From the NCBI GenBank assembly GCA_010015805.1, contig ML978131.1, positions 744,001-808,000 on the forward strand: a stretch of 64,000 nt of DNA. Direction: 5' to 3'. The notes under the pieces are model-generated. The model was not told the origin of the DNA, did not search any database, and saw nothing but the letters and a program-made list of their open reading frames with translations. The stretch is from Rhizodiscina lignyota (lineage: Eukaryota). Shown here one piece after another: positions 36,494-48,871 of this stretch (position 1 is the stretch's first letter; the number at the start of each line of letters is the position of its first letter). The position numbers and the translations under genes were made by a program.

Positions 36494-38380
36494 TCAGTGC
36501 ACCTCAACCACAACCCGCAAACAGCCTTCCAGCCACACAGCTTCTGCTACATCCGTCTTCGCGCTTTCCCACTCGCTCTCGGACAATATGCTTACAAGCC
36601 CACTTGGCGAGAATGCTTTGACATCGACTCGCGCGTCATCAAAAGTACGGCTCGAATACTCAGCACCAAGATCTTGCACATCGCTCATCGGCAGATGCCC
36701 TGGCGAGAGACTCTCGCGGGAATTCTCTGTCCTCTGTTCCATCTGAAGCTCCAACTCACGTCGTAGTCGCTCGCCGGGATCTTCGTCGACCGTAGCATCG
36801 AATACAGGCTCTGTAGTCGAGTCTTCATCCACGTTCTCTGCATCTGCTGAAGGGATTGAGATGGCCTGCTCTATACTCTGTTGCACACCAGACGCGGTGG
36901 ACTCAGCAGCTCGAAGCGCAGCTCTCGCCTCTTGCCTCGCAAGCTCGACTGACGGAAGCGCCTTCTTGCTGTACTCTGCAGGTCCAGAGAAGTCGCCGGT
37001 GGATCGAATATGGTCTACGTGCTCCAGGACAGTTTGAGCAAGTTTCTGAAACGTCATGTGTGAGTGGAGTGGAGAGTGAGAAGGGTTGGGCCAGTCGAAG
37101 CGTAGCAGCGGTGTCTGGCCGCGGATGAAGATGAACTGGAGGACGTTACTTTTAACATTGGGTAGCGGTGGAGGGGTGAGCATCTGTGATATGTCCGTCG
37201 CGGCGGTACCGGCACCAGTCGCCTTTGAAGCTTGTATTTGCGGCTGTGGCCTTAATGGTTGTTGCTGCGATGGAGCTGTATCCAATGACGGATCAAGAGT
37301 CTGTTGATGGTCCGACCACATCTCAGGCTCATCCACATCATTGCTGTTGCCTCCATCTGCCCTTTCGCTCTGCGCTCTCCCTCCCTTATGCACGCCGCTC
37401 TTGCGCACCTCAACCGCATACAGTCTCTGCCGTTCGTTCGCAACCATCCGCCGCATCAACGGCGTCATAAGGCTGACGATCTGGTTCGCATCTCGCGGCC
37501 AGACCCACCTCTCCTCATTCACTTCACCATTCGTGACACCCCCTGATTCCTCCACAATCGGCCCGGGAAAGTACACCTCCCCCGCTCCGACCTCCAAAAA
37601 CCCCTTGACACAATCAAACAGCTTCAGCTTCACCATGTCCGGCTCATCCTTCTCCCCCTTGCCCCGTAGCTCCCGTCTCCCAACACACTCCTGCCGCTCC
37701 GGGTGCGTGGGATCGAGCATGTAGCTCTTCGCCGCAGCTTGTAGGTGCACGAAGTTCTCGGGTGTGAGGCGTAAGGAGGAGTAGAGCTTCGCGGTTGAGG
37801 GCCGCTTGGACTTCTTGTGGGTGTCGTGGTTGCGGAAGAGCGCGGTGGTGCCGAAGACGCCGGCGGCGCGGGCGGTGGTGATGAGAGTTGGGGACTGGGG
37901 GATGGGGTTGTCTTGAGGGTTGTTCGAGTCGTTGTTTGGAGAGGGCTGAGGGGGTGGGGGTGTACGCTTCCGCTTGCCTAGTTGTGCTGTGGGCGGTGTC
38001 TGTGGATGAGGTTGTAATTGGATATCCTGGTGCTGGTCGTCGTCGTCGTCGTCGTGTGAGGTCGCATCCTGTACTCCGGTTGCGGTATTCACGGCTTCTA
38101 AAAGGCCTGCTAGATGCGTATTGCTGTCCGGCTGCTCGACAGCAACGCTCCGTAGGTTCGAATCCACTACATCATGCCCAGCACCGCCATTATTACTCGA
38201 CGGATCCGCAAAGAAGCCCGTATCATGGTCATGAACCGCCTCCGTATGGGCTATGTGGAAGTCTGCGTCGCCGTTCGTCACGAACGGCTGATGCAGCGCA
38301 GGATCGAGGAACTCAGCTCCCCGAATGGGCTGGTAATAAGGCGCTGAAGGGTCCAAAGGGTCGGCGGCTTGGCCGTCCAT
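36494..38380 (-). CDS. Hypothetical 628-aa fungal protein, probably nuclear
   Basis: Long ATG ORF with a basic KRKR segment and an ordered core (LYSSLRLTPENFVHLQAAAKSYMLD...TPLMRRMVANERQRLYA). Confidence 0.8.
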   Translation of the reverse strand: MDGQAADPLDPSAPYYQPIRGAEFLDPALHQPFVTNGDADFHIAHTEAVHDHDTGFFADPSSNNGGAGHDVVDSNLRSVAVEQPDSNTHLAGLLEAVNTATGVQDATSHDDDDDDQHQDIQLQPHPQTPPTAQLGKRKRTPPPPQPSPNNDSNNPQDNPIPQSPTLITTARAAGVFGTTALFRNHDTHKKSKRPSTAKLYSSLRLTPENFVHLQAAAKSYMLDPTHPERQECVGRRELRGKGEKDEPDMVKLKLFDCVKGFLEVGAGEVYFPGPIVEESGGVTNGEVNEERWVWPRDANQIVSLMTPLMRRMVANERQRLYAVEVRKSGVHKGGRAQSERADGGNSNDVDEPEMWSDHQQTLDPSLDTAPSQQQPLRPQPQIQASKATGAGTAATDISQMLTPPPLPNVKSNVLQFIFIRGQTPLLRFDWPNPSHSPLHSHMTFQKLAQTVLEHVDHIRSTGDFSGPAEYSKKALPSVELARQEARAALRAAESTASGVQQSIEQAISIPSADAENVDEDSTTEPVFDATVDEDPGERLRRELELQMEQRTENSRESLSPGHLPMSDVQDLGAEYSSRTFDDARVDVKAFSPSGLVSILSESEWESAKTDVAEAVWLEGCLRVVVEVH

Positions 38381-39576
38381 GTCCGCATGGCTGATGCTGT
38401 CGTCGAGCCTGCGTTAGCGATGCCATTTCGTTAGCACGTAGTCCACGAAGACGGGTGATATGCATGCGCCATGCGCGCTTCCAGACAGTGGTTGCTGCCA
38501 TTGCCATCACCCTAGCATGTCAAATGGCGCTTATTATCCGTGCAGTCTCAGAAAGGAGATTGTTTGCACTTACGAAAACGAAGGAACGTTGTTGGCCCAG
38601 GCTTGTGTTTGTTTGTCGTTCTGTCAAACATTCTCCCGCAAAGGCTAGTAAAGCCACGATGTTTGCCTCAGGTCAGGGCATCGGTATTGGCAAGGATCAC
38701 TACTTCACTCACACTATGAAGTTAAGCTCAAGTAGCCATCTCACTGTAAGAGCGTAGATAATCTCGCGTCAAAAGTGCATCTCATTGGCTTTCTTCAACT
38801 CCTCATGTCGCTATTCCTACGGAAACCAGCCACCCACACCCTTTCCTTTCCTTATGTATGCAAAACGTTCTTGGTTGTATTGTTTAAACCTCGAATGCAC
38901 GGCGAAATGAGGCAATCAGAGGGCCGGGAAGCACTTAGGAATAATTCTTATAGAAAGCATTCGACGAATCGAAAGAACCCTGATTGAAGGCTATACTCGC
39001 TCTATCGTGGGTGATTAATCGCCATTGAAAACCGCGAGCATCAATAAACAAACAACCTCAGTGATCAATAGTTAAGACTAGAATCCTAACCCTGAGGGGG
39101 TGCTAAACCTGACAATGGCGATAAAACCTGAGCATGTCCAGATTTGCACTGCGTGCTTTGGCACTCCGCCACAATATACAACGAGCTCTAGCAAATAAAC
39201 CGATTCGCAGCGCTCATATATCCCTATGAGTATGTCTACGCAAGACATAACTTTTCCCAGGGCCCATGATGCTGCAATGAAGACACCCGCGTCCTCCATC
39301 CCATGCTTTCCCATTCCTCATCGATCCAGTCCGTCAAAGATCCATCCGCTAGATATGCTCCATGCATTCCTCGCAACGAAAGACTGACTTGCGTAAAAGC
39401 TGCAAGCCATGATAACAAGTACGACCGATGTGCTGCGTCTCCCATCAAATGGCGGCAGTCTGCTACCGCGTGGTATTGCTGAATGCAGCAAGCCCACTTT
39501 CTTGACGTATGGGATATCAACGCAAATCGGCCGTTCAGAATTCGTTCAGCTCCTCAAAACCCATCAAAACCGCTCT

Positions 39577-41991
39577 TCATGACGCAGTTCCCTTCTGGTC
39601 CCTCATGGTCCCCTGCATCTCCTTGGCCGCCGCGCCCACACCCTCCCTATCACTCTCCCTCGAGCTCACCGGCATGGGCGGCGGGATCCTGTCGCGGCTC
39701 TTCATGCCCTCCTTATCGCCCATCCCGCTCACCGCACGCCACTTCTTCTTCCAGAACTTGCTGAACTTGCTCTTCTTCTCCTTCTCCTTGCCGTCGTCCG
39801 CGTCCTCCGTCTCCGCGCTGCCATCGCCCGTTGAGACGGAAGTGAGTGCCTGCGGCGTGCCGGCGCTCTTCGTCTTCCGCGTCGGCGCCCCGTTGCCGTT
39901 TCCATTTCCCTTCGAGGAGGGCGGGAGAACGGTACCGTTAGCGCCTGGCATGCCCTGCCCAACAGCAACGCTATCACTCCGCTCATACGCATCATCAAAA
40001 TCGTACATCGCACCCGCATTCTCGTCCGGCGCAAGAATAGGACCTTGCTCGCTTGGCGACTGGCTCCCCGCGGGGCTCATGTGGCTGTTCTTACCAGGAG
40101 AGAGACTGCTTATTGCAGGACCAGTCTGGCTATCGCCACTCATACGCTTGTGCTTATTCATCTTCTTGCTCTTATCCCCCGGGCTCGAGCCCGGGCCTGA
40201 CTGCGTCACCAGAATAGCCGTGAGACTCGGGTCCGCAGAGCCGCGGCGCGAGGAGGAGTTAGTATTCGGCGTCAGGGGAGCAGGAGTGGTGGAGGTCTGG
40301 GTGCCTGGAGAGAGCTCAGGTGGATGTGAAGACGCGTTGTCGGAGAAGTCGACGTTGGAGGGATTGAGGATGCGGCGCTTGGCTTCGGCCTGCGCTTCTA
40401 CGTTCGCGAAGGGGTGTGGGTCGGAGTGGCTCTTGCTCCCTGGTGAAGCGTTCGGGCTCTGGGGGATCGGGACGAGGAACTCTGTGCTGGTCTTGGGACT
40501 GGGACTACCGATACCGTCCAGCCCAAAGCGGGCGTTCTGGAGGCCGCGGAGGTGCAGGAGGCCGGGGGCTTTGCTGGAGAGGCCGACCTGGACTTGGCGT
40601 TCTTTCTCTTGTGCTATTTCATAGTCCCATCGTTCTTTGTTTGCGGCGAGTTCGTCGACACTGAACTGCATGGCGGGGAGGATATCTGTGACTGCGTCGA
40701 AGAGCGGCCGTGCGAAGACATTCATGAAGCCGATCTGGGATTGAGCGAGTTTGATGATGTCGTCTCGGACCGGAGGGCCACCGAATAGAGTGGTGGGGAT
40801 GCCTAATCGAGTCTCCATTCGGCCTTGGTTTGAGAATTCATCCGTGAGTATATTCGCCCATGTTGCAGCAACTTGGAACTTGCGCGCCTAGCCATTCTAC
40901 TTAGCATAACACTTGGCAATATTCACTGGTGAATTTAGACACTCACCACATTGCTGATATCTGCGCATTTGATCAGCAGTCCACACGTCAGATCGCGATA
41001 CTCTTCAAGAATCTTCAAACTCCAGCCATCAGTCGTGCGATTGTTGTGCGCCAACTTCTCTTGCAGGTTGCCAAGGTCGCTCATGTACTTGAAGTGCACT
41101 CCCATATCCGTTGCTAATATCGACTCGATCATGAGCCTTCGCATCTTCATATCAGAGAAAGCCTGCGGCCAATGCCGGCGTAATATTTGCGAATATGCTG
41201 CGCAGTGGAAGGATTCGAGGACCGAGCGGTCATTGTACAATTGCGCCAGCGGCGCGTTGAGGGCGACCAAGAATGCATTGTTCACGCCTGGATGGCCGAC
41301 GTCGTGGCCAATTGCGGATACCAGGAGTGTGAGCGCGTCGACTGGCTTAAGAAGATCCGCGATCGCTGAAGGTCCTCGATACAGAGGAGCCGAGCCATGC
41401 GGGTACGGTGGTAACTTGCCGATGGCGACAAGGAAGAAGAAGATTGCTTGAAGGACGTCGGACACGTGTCGAAAGTTGTGGTAAAGAACAAAGTCGTTGT
41501 ATGCTGCGCGTGAAGCGAGAAGAAAGGTCGTTAATTCATCTGCTCCGATGTTTAGTAATTCAGAGTGCCGACAGGGTTCGCGCGAAACAAACCTGTACTC
41601 ATCCGCCATTTCTCCAGCTCGGGCATCTGTAAGGCATGCTGAAGCATAATGAGATTCCCACATAATAACTCATCGTCCGTGAAATCGTGAGCTGAAAATG
41701 ACCATGCGCCAATTGCCTTTGCAATTGCTTCTTTGCGCTCTGGTGCGACATTGAGATTCCTATATGCACGTTAGTGATCACTTCTCCGTCTAAGCAGGCC
41801 TCAAAGACAGACCTTGGATTCAGCTCATTGGTCCCGAACTGTGGATCGCATATGCCGCCCATGAGACTAGACACCATAGCCTCCCTCAGGAAGGAGTATG
41901 GTGAATCCTCATCTACCCCAACCCATGATAACTTGCGATTCTTCTTCTTCGCCAAGAATCTGGCCTCGTCTGGTTGCGAATAGTCGGCCAT
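39577..41991 (-). CDS. PDE2: High-affinity class I cAMP phosphodiesterase (Pde2/PdeH)
   Basis: Motifs YHNFRH, HDVGHPGVNN, VLESFH, ILATDM, KCADISN and QIGF, plus RKLSWVGV. Three introns at about 41812-41760, 41594-41540 and 40946-40888. The start is taken at the ATG at 41991 because there is an in-frame stop just upstream. Confidence 0.93.
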
Positions 41992-44129
41992 GGCAACGAC
42001 TGCCCGGCTCAAATCGCATGTATCCTGTCGATCTTACAGGCCCTTTGTGGTGATGTTGTGCGCATTGAGGTATGGATTCCGGATGAGTAGGTGGCTGTGG
42101 GAGAAGAGAAGAGCGCACGTCAAGGAGTGGTGTTCTTTGTCGACAAAGGTATGACGTAGAGCGTTGATTTTTCCGTCCAAAAGCGCGCTGAACCCGGGGT
42201 TTCCGTGTGAATGCGGTCTTTCGAAGTGACAAAGGAACGTACTGAAAGACGAGTCTCAGCACGACAAACTTCGTCGCGCGACCACCAACCCCACGCTGGA
42301 CGCCAAAAAACTTGTCAATCGCACTGATTGAAAGGGTATATGCGGGAAGCGAAGAAATTGCCGAGCAAATGCGCCAGCTGACCGCCGTACAATTGTCCCG
42401 GTAGTCGGCGCCCTGTGGTGGTAGAGCGGGAACAAAGAAGGCGCAGAGGAGCAGCGAGAGCTCAAAGGAACAGCGAAGCAGAGTTCTTCCGCAGAGAGAA
42501 CGACCGAAACAAAAGCGCCGCCGCTCTTGCCTGCTCTGCGCCGAGTGAGGACGCAAGTGCTGTCTAAGCTCGAATCTGGAACGGGCCTGTTTATGCGCCG
42601 CGTGCTGCCTTTGTCTAGCGGCCTCTCGTTCGCGGTCTTGCTCGTCTGCTGTAGAGCAGAGAGGAGGCAGAGGGTCGAGAGGGCGAGGAGTGTGGTCGCG
42701 CGTTGGAATTGCAGATTTTCAGCAGCGGCGGGAGCGTGGTGGTGCACAGGTAGCAAGGAGTGCTCGGCGGTGGTGCTGTGGGAGGCTATGGGGCGGGCCA
42801 ATGGGGCGGCGGGCCGTTGCTGCAGTCGCTGCCGGGTGCAGCAGTGGCAGAGTGCAATATAAGTGCGAGGGAATTCAGGCGTAGAGAGTGGATTGGACGA
42901 GGCGGTAGAGGAGAGTCTGGGTCAAGTAGTGCGCAGCTTGGGGGTGACGGCAAGGTATGATGGGCCTTGCCTCTTCGAGCAGCTCCAACGAGATCTCCAC
43001 AACACCGCCGAACGCGAGCTGAGCAACGAGGAATCCGCCGAGCGCCCTCACAGCAGGAATGCCAGCCATTTGCCCGTCACTTTCCTCCTCCATTCTCGCG
43101 CGCTGGATGGCAATTTGTAAAGCGCAGACCCTTCGCGCCATCCACCGCAGCGCGCCCAGTGCGCGAGATTCTCCAGCAGCGACTCGACTGGCCGGTCATT
43201 TCTGTTAGCTCCATGAAACTGAAATCTCTGAGAAATGCGCTCGCCTCGACACACTGCAGTGCGACTATGTCAACGGCGCACAGCCCGCCTCATCTGAAAC
43301 GCTCCGCCGCGCTCGCACTTCACTCTGGCCCGCTGCGATGGCCACTGCTGTGGCGTCACACTCGCTCCCATCACATCTCTCCAGCACGGCACCCTCCACG
43401 ATCGCCGCCTCGCGCAAACCTGATGGCCATGCTCGACATGCTCTCAACGCGCGGCACTGCCAATCACGGGCGCGTGACGCCCTCTCCTCACCTCCTGGGG
43501 CCCAGGGCAGCGGTTCTTCTCGAACGACGAGCTGCGCCTGTTATCGTGCTGCGCGCTGCACTGGCCTCGCTGGCGGCCAGATCTGCTGCCCGCCTCTCAT
43601 CTGCCGGATGCGGCAGGCTTCCAGAAGGCCGTTGTGCGGCGTGTTCCTGCTGTTCCTTGCCAGCAGCTGGACTAGCGCTTCCATCAAGTTTCCTTTTTGT
43701 GGAGCCGCCAATTTCACGTGAGATCTCAGACGATCGTCTCAAGCTGCGGGCGCCAATCAGCGCTGCTCTCGCGCGCGCGACATTCCGAGTACTCCGTGCT
43801 TCGTTCACGGCGACAATGGCTTACGCTCCGTCATGAACGCTTGGCTGTCCTTCTTACACGATGCGTCAAGCAGCATAGGAGTCATACACTTACCTATCGT
43901 CTTACAAATGTCCGAAGCACATCGGCAAGTTCCCTGGCGCCTCCGTCCTATATCCGACGGGGGCCGCAAAGTCACGAAGACACACCGCTATCACACACCA
44001 GAGAAGACATTGAAGAGGCTTCCGTGCCAATTGAACGTTGCAATCAGCGTCGTTTCCATTCCATATTGCCCTTCCTTGCTATCTTGCCAAGGCATCAGAA
44101 CGTTGACAGTGGTGTGAGAGAGCGTACCG

Positions 44130-45800
44130 TGCCCCTTAAGATCCACTATTGCTGTACAACGCATCGGACAGGTACGGCCACTCTTCTAAACACATGACGC
44201 CATTGGCACATGCTCGTAAGGTAATCTACATCTCGTTCTTTGTCAGGAGTGACACTGTCTCTCAAACGTCATGTTCTAGACTTGTTTTCATTCTTCCAGA
44301 AGAGGGAGACCATCTCTTAAAGTTCATCGTACAGCCTAGCTGTCCTTATTCAAGACAAGTCACACCGCCTGTGAAAGCTTACAACACATGGCACATTCCA
44401 CCTTTGCGTAAGTCGGACGCCGGACCATCACTGAAAGCTTCCAGCTCTGCCAAATTCTTCCTTCACCATGTCGTACGCCTTTACTCGAAGTTGCTCGAGT
44501 CTGCGAGGTACTACTCTTCCCGGGAAGCCAGGGCATCGTTGCAAGGTTATGATATATCCAAGTGCTCGTTCTTTTGAGCAGCTGCTGCGCCGCCGGAGGC
44601 TTGTTACTGCATGCCGTGCACTTTGGTTGAAGAAACGCCACTATCTGTACAGACACACAAACATCCCAGGCCACCTCTGTTCTGGCGGGGCCAGCGATCG
44701 CTACTATTCTAGTGGGCGAGTTTTGCTGTCCCACATTCCTGAGCCGAGACTGTTCTCAGATTCCATTCCTGCGCCGGAATCTGAGACAATATCAGGGAGA
44801 GATGTCTTTCTCTTCGCCATAGCCTTCATCTATACTCTCTTCAGTATCTCTTGAAGCCAAGGACGAAACCTGTTCCTGTTCCCAAAGACGTTGCAAAAGT
44901 ACATACAGCAGGTCAGTATATACATCCAGGCGAGCCTACATCATTACTGGAAGCCTAGCATATCTACAGACATCTTTCTTCCGTGCTGGAGAGAGCATCG
45001 CCTGAAGTTGGATGTCTTGCAGGCCGCCCCCTCTTCGAATGCAACGACACCGTGCGTGCAAGCCCAGTGTAAACTTCTAAGTTATCTCTGTTCAAGCAAA
45101 TTTATACTACCCGTCGAGCTTCATATTAATTGAAAGCTGGGTCTAATCAATGGACTTGGCCAAACATTTTGAACTTCGGGTATCTATTTACTACTCTGCC
45201 CCTCACATCTCCCTCACATATCTCTGGCAGTGTATGCGTCTACGAGCTCGAGGTTGGCCGAACGGAGCCTTCTACTGTGCTGTCCCAGTCTCTAGGGGCG
45301 TTCCGGACACAAGCTGCCATCTTGCTCAGATATTTGAGAAGCTTCTCGTTTTCCAGGCAACAGTTGTATTTAGCGATTTGCTCCGTAAGCTTCCGGGTTT
45401 TATCCAGAAGCTTCCCTATCTCCTTCTACAGGTCTTCCTTCTTCATGGTGTAATCCGCGAGTTCCGCTTAGCGCGTCCTTTCGGCTGCGGTGTTGCTATT
45501 TCTTTAGAGACGAAGGTGTCTAATAGAGCATGTTCTGCGTCCCTTCATTCGAAGGCCACAACACTGTGTTCGAGTATTCACAAATACTACAGGCCCGATC
45601 GGATAAAGAAACTAGTACTAAAGATCGCTAGTATAAAGGCTCAGCTACACAACGTCCAGCGTCGATTCGATAGAGGTCCTTATCGTTGGGCCTCTTGATA
45701 CTCCGTACGAGAACGGTCTTTTCGAGTTAGTGTTTCTTTCGGAGAAGGGACAAGGGACACGCTTCCACTGCTCGAGAATATGTGAAATGGGCGCAATTGA
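44130..45800 (-). pseudogene. Degenerate gene relic with many premature stops
   Basis: Coding-like frames (e.g. KKEDL*KEIGKLLDKTRKLTEQIAKY; KNEHLDIS*PCNDALASREE*YLAD) are broken by TAA/TAG/TGA codons that are one C-to-T change from CAA/CAG/CGA. Confidence 0.45.
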
Positions 45801-46686
45801 CAGAGTAATAAATAGATATGCGGAACTCAACGTGCTTGCGCAAGCTGTTCGATTAGATCCCGCTCCTAACCAATATGATGCTAGACGAATAGTGACGCTC
45901 TGCCTGAATAGAGGAGGCGGATGTCAAAATAGGTCAGGTCGGTTTTTTCCCCTTGTTCACAGTTGGCGAGCGGAGACGCCAGCTATCCACGTCAGTAGGC
46001 AGATAAGCATTGCCCATTCCCAAGTACATATAGGGTGCAGAGACTATGTTCAGATGGTGAGGGTAATCGGGAACCGCCCAACCATTCTGTGTGGGATATT
46101 TCAAATGTAGAGGCCGCCGTACTTGTGTCCGTGAAGAAAATCAAACACTCCCGGTTCTTCTCTATTCAGACAAAGCTACACCTTTCGTCGGGCTTTACAT
46201 TGATCTAATGCAAGGTCTAATCAAAGAAGACAGACTTGTCTCTTCTTCTCAAGCATCACAACTGCCGCTAAAGTTCCTTCTACTCCCGAGTGCATGGTCG
46301 CAAACCAACTGTTGGATTCTTCTTTTTCTCCCAAGATTGTTGTAGAAGAGAAAGCCACCGATAGGATCCGGAAGTCTTATTATACATCTGTGCAAGCTCA
46401 ACGGCCAGGCCGATTGCGGAAGTGCACAGCTCAGCATGCCTTGCGTGCACTGCCAAAACCTTTCTCAGACCCCATCGATGGGAACAAAGACCTGAATACT
46501 TCTGTACTATCGACAGCATCACGCCAGTGCAGACATGTACAGTATCAGAAGGATTGTCAGGGAGCTTGAAGCGAGCTAGCGTGGTCCGGGTCTTCAGCAT
46601 CAGGATTGCAACAAAAAGCCGCTCACTCAGCTCAACCAAAGGTACACGCCACGAACCACTCAAGCGAACACTTTGAATTTTGGTAT

Positions 46687-48387
46687 CTACGCTGCATCTT
46701 CTCCCTCCCAACCGCCCAGCACCGGACCCACGGTCATCAGCGGATCCACACTGTCATCCTCCAGTCCACCCAGCCAGAATCTATCTGGGCCAAAGGCGCT
46801 TCCGAAACCGGCGGCCATAGGTCCTTGAGAGAGTAACTCTTCGCCTTCTCTCGGCTGATACTCGTTATACATCAACAGCTCTCTCGCATCTGCACCTACC
46901 AACCGCTCGAGCGCTGGCCGGTCCTTCTTGATGCCCGTATCCTTCCTCTGCGCCGGGCCGGCCCCGCCCATCTTACGCACTGCCTCCGGATCGCGCCCAG
47001 CAGCGATGAGTCTCCGTCTCTTGCGCACCTTGACACTCCCTTCCATTCCAAGATGCTTCGTACGAATATGCTCCTCCAAACTCGCCTTCGTTGAGTACCC
47101 ATTCCCACAACCATTGCCGTCCCACTCACGCCTCACGCCGGCTTCGTCGATGAACTTGTTGCTGTCGCTCACGTCTGTGCTGCCACAGATGAAGGGCCGC
47201 TCGCGTCTATGAACCGTGCTGATGTGCACGACGAGATTTCCCTTCTTGGCGAAGGACTTGTTGCAACCGGGCTCCGTGCAGGGGAACGCGTCGTAGGGAT
47301 TGCCGGAGGTGTGGATCAGTTCCACGTGACTGGTAAGCTCGCGGTTGGAGGCGAAGGTATAGCCGCACTCGCTGCATGTTGGAGGGTGGACCTCCTTGAT
47401 GTGTGATTGGAGCTCAGAATAGGTAGCGAAGGCGACGATTTGCACGCTCGTAGCGGGGGTGATGCCTTCCTCGATGATCGCACCGGCTTCGTGGTCTTCC
47501 TGTGGCTCGCAGATGTCGCAGATGTAGCGCTTCTCGCCGCTGTGGCACTTGGCCACATGGCTCCTGAGCTTATCCGCCCCTCTGAAGCCTTTCGAACAGG
47601 CCTCGCCCGTCTTCTCGTCGATATGCGTGCAGGTGAAAGGATGCATGCCCAAATGCTCTGATTTGATGTGGCGCTGCAGGCTCTGCTCATTCCTGCAGAG
47701 CCGGTTGCAAGGTGGATAGTCGGTGCAGCGCAGCTTTTCTTGGTTCTGATGCTTCTCCACGTGCCTCCTTAGATGCGATATATCGACGAACGTCTTGCCA
47801 CATCCAGACCAGGTGCACGCATGCTTCTTCCTGTCAACGTGCTCTTGCATATGGCGATTTAAGTGAGTTTGGCGCTTGTATGATTTGCCGCAGGCTGGGA
47901 CTGTACAGACGAAAGGACGCTCGCCGGTGTGTGTGCGCATGTGTTCCTCGAGGAGGCATGGCCTGTTGAAGACTCTATCGCAGCCCTCTTCCTGGCACTT
48001 GTAGTTCATTCGCCGCTCTGGTTTCTTCCTCTTCTGTTTGCTCTTGGACTTTGTGGCAGGTGTAGCAGGTCTTGATCTGGGTGTAGGAGGGCCGGATGGA
48101 AGTGTAGCTGGCGTCGAGGCCGCTGTGAGAGGAGTTTGGGCAGTTGCGAGAGGATCCGTTTCAGAGTCAGAATTGTACGAGCTACCCACAGAAAAAGTAT
48201 CGTCATCATCTTCAGTAAGTCCGTCGTCGTAGATGTCAAAGCTGTCGTCGAATGAGTTGTGTGTGTTCGTGCTGAAAGTGAGTTGACGCCTCTTCCTCGC
48301 CGCGCCATTCTCCTCGTCCGCGGGCCGCTTTGCCCCAGAGAATGAGCCAGAATGGGCCACAGGCCTCCTACGGAGCCTGTCATCCAT
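46687..48387 (-). CDS. PZF1: Transcription factor IIIA (nine C2H2 zinc fingers)
   Basis: 566-aa ORF with nine C2H2 fingers, an HTGERPF linker and CTDYPPC in finger 4. Insertions in fingers 5, 6 and 9 are as in filamentous-fungal TFIIIA. Confidence 0.85.
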   Translation of the reverse strand: MDDRLRRRPVAHSGSFSGAKRPADEENGAARKRRQLTFSTNTHNSFDDSFDIYDDGLTEDDDDTFSVGSSYNSDSETDPLATAQTPLTAASTPATLPSGPPTPRSRPATPATKSKSKQKRKKPERRMNYKCQEEGCDRVFNRPCLLEEHMRTHTGERPFVCTVPACGKSYKRQTHLNRHMQEHVDRKKHACTWSGCGKTFVDISHLRRHVEKHQNQEKLRCTDYPPCNRLCRNEQSLQRHIKSEHLGMHPFTCTHIDEKTGEACSKGFRGADKLRSHVAKCHSGEKRYICDICEPQEDHEAGAIIEEGITPATSVQIVAFATYSELQSHIKEVHPPTCSECGYTFASNRELTSHVELIHTSGNPYDAFPCTEPGCNKSFAKKGNLVVHISTVHRRERPFICGSTDVSDSNKFIDEAGVRREWDGNGCGNGYSTKASLEEHIRTKHLGMEGSVKVRKRRRLIAAGRDPEAVRKMGGAGPAQRKDTGIKKDRPALERLVGADARELLMYNEYQPREGEELLSQGPMAAGFGSAFGPDRFWLGGLEDDSVDPLMTVGPVLGGWEGEDAA

Positions 48388-48871
48388 CGTGACGAGGGTG
48401 TTGTTGTTTGGGGAAGTAAAAATTCGAGCAGAGGTAATGTTAAATTGTTACGAAATCTTGGCGTGCCAAGATAGTACAACTACATTCCACCCTTGCCCCA
48501 CTACGGACAACCCCTCCGCTCCGCACATTTGGCGGGGATGACCTCTCCCTTTGGCCATTATTGAATAGCCATGTATATTTTCCAAGCTGCTAGAAGAGGT
48601 TATGTGAGAAAGCCTTCCCTAAGTATCTCTCTTTACTATTTTTTATTCATCTCGAAGCACTGGGATCCACCATCATCCATACCGAGGCAGAGGCGCAACG
48701 CCGTGAGTGGAGGCTGATATTCCGAGTATTTCCATGTCATTGATGCCGACAACCTCAATTGATTCAATTTCCATCCATCTCCTTCAATTCCCTATCCAAA
48801 AGCTCTGATAATCGCCCAATTGTGTTCTATCTCCTCCATCCACTCCCTAACTCCCCAAAACTATCGCAATC

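Noticed and set aside
38150..38172. GGTTCGAATCC tRNA T-loop/B-box motif
   Set aside because: It lies inside a coding region, with no cloverleaf or A-box around it. No tRNA, 5S or other rRNA was recognised in the window.
39509..40624. 371-aa plus-strand ORF, and similar antisense ORFs at 7767-8381, 13547-14296 and 51230-51958
   Set aside because: These are shadow frames opposite GC-rich real genes, with no motifs of their own.
42967..43836. 289-aa ORF, and the overlapping ORFs at 10700-12900
   Set aside because: Non-ATG starts and Arg/Ala/Ser/Pro-rich composition typical of GC-rich promoter DNA.
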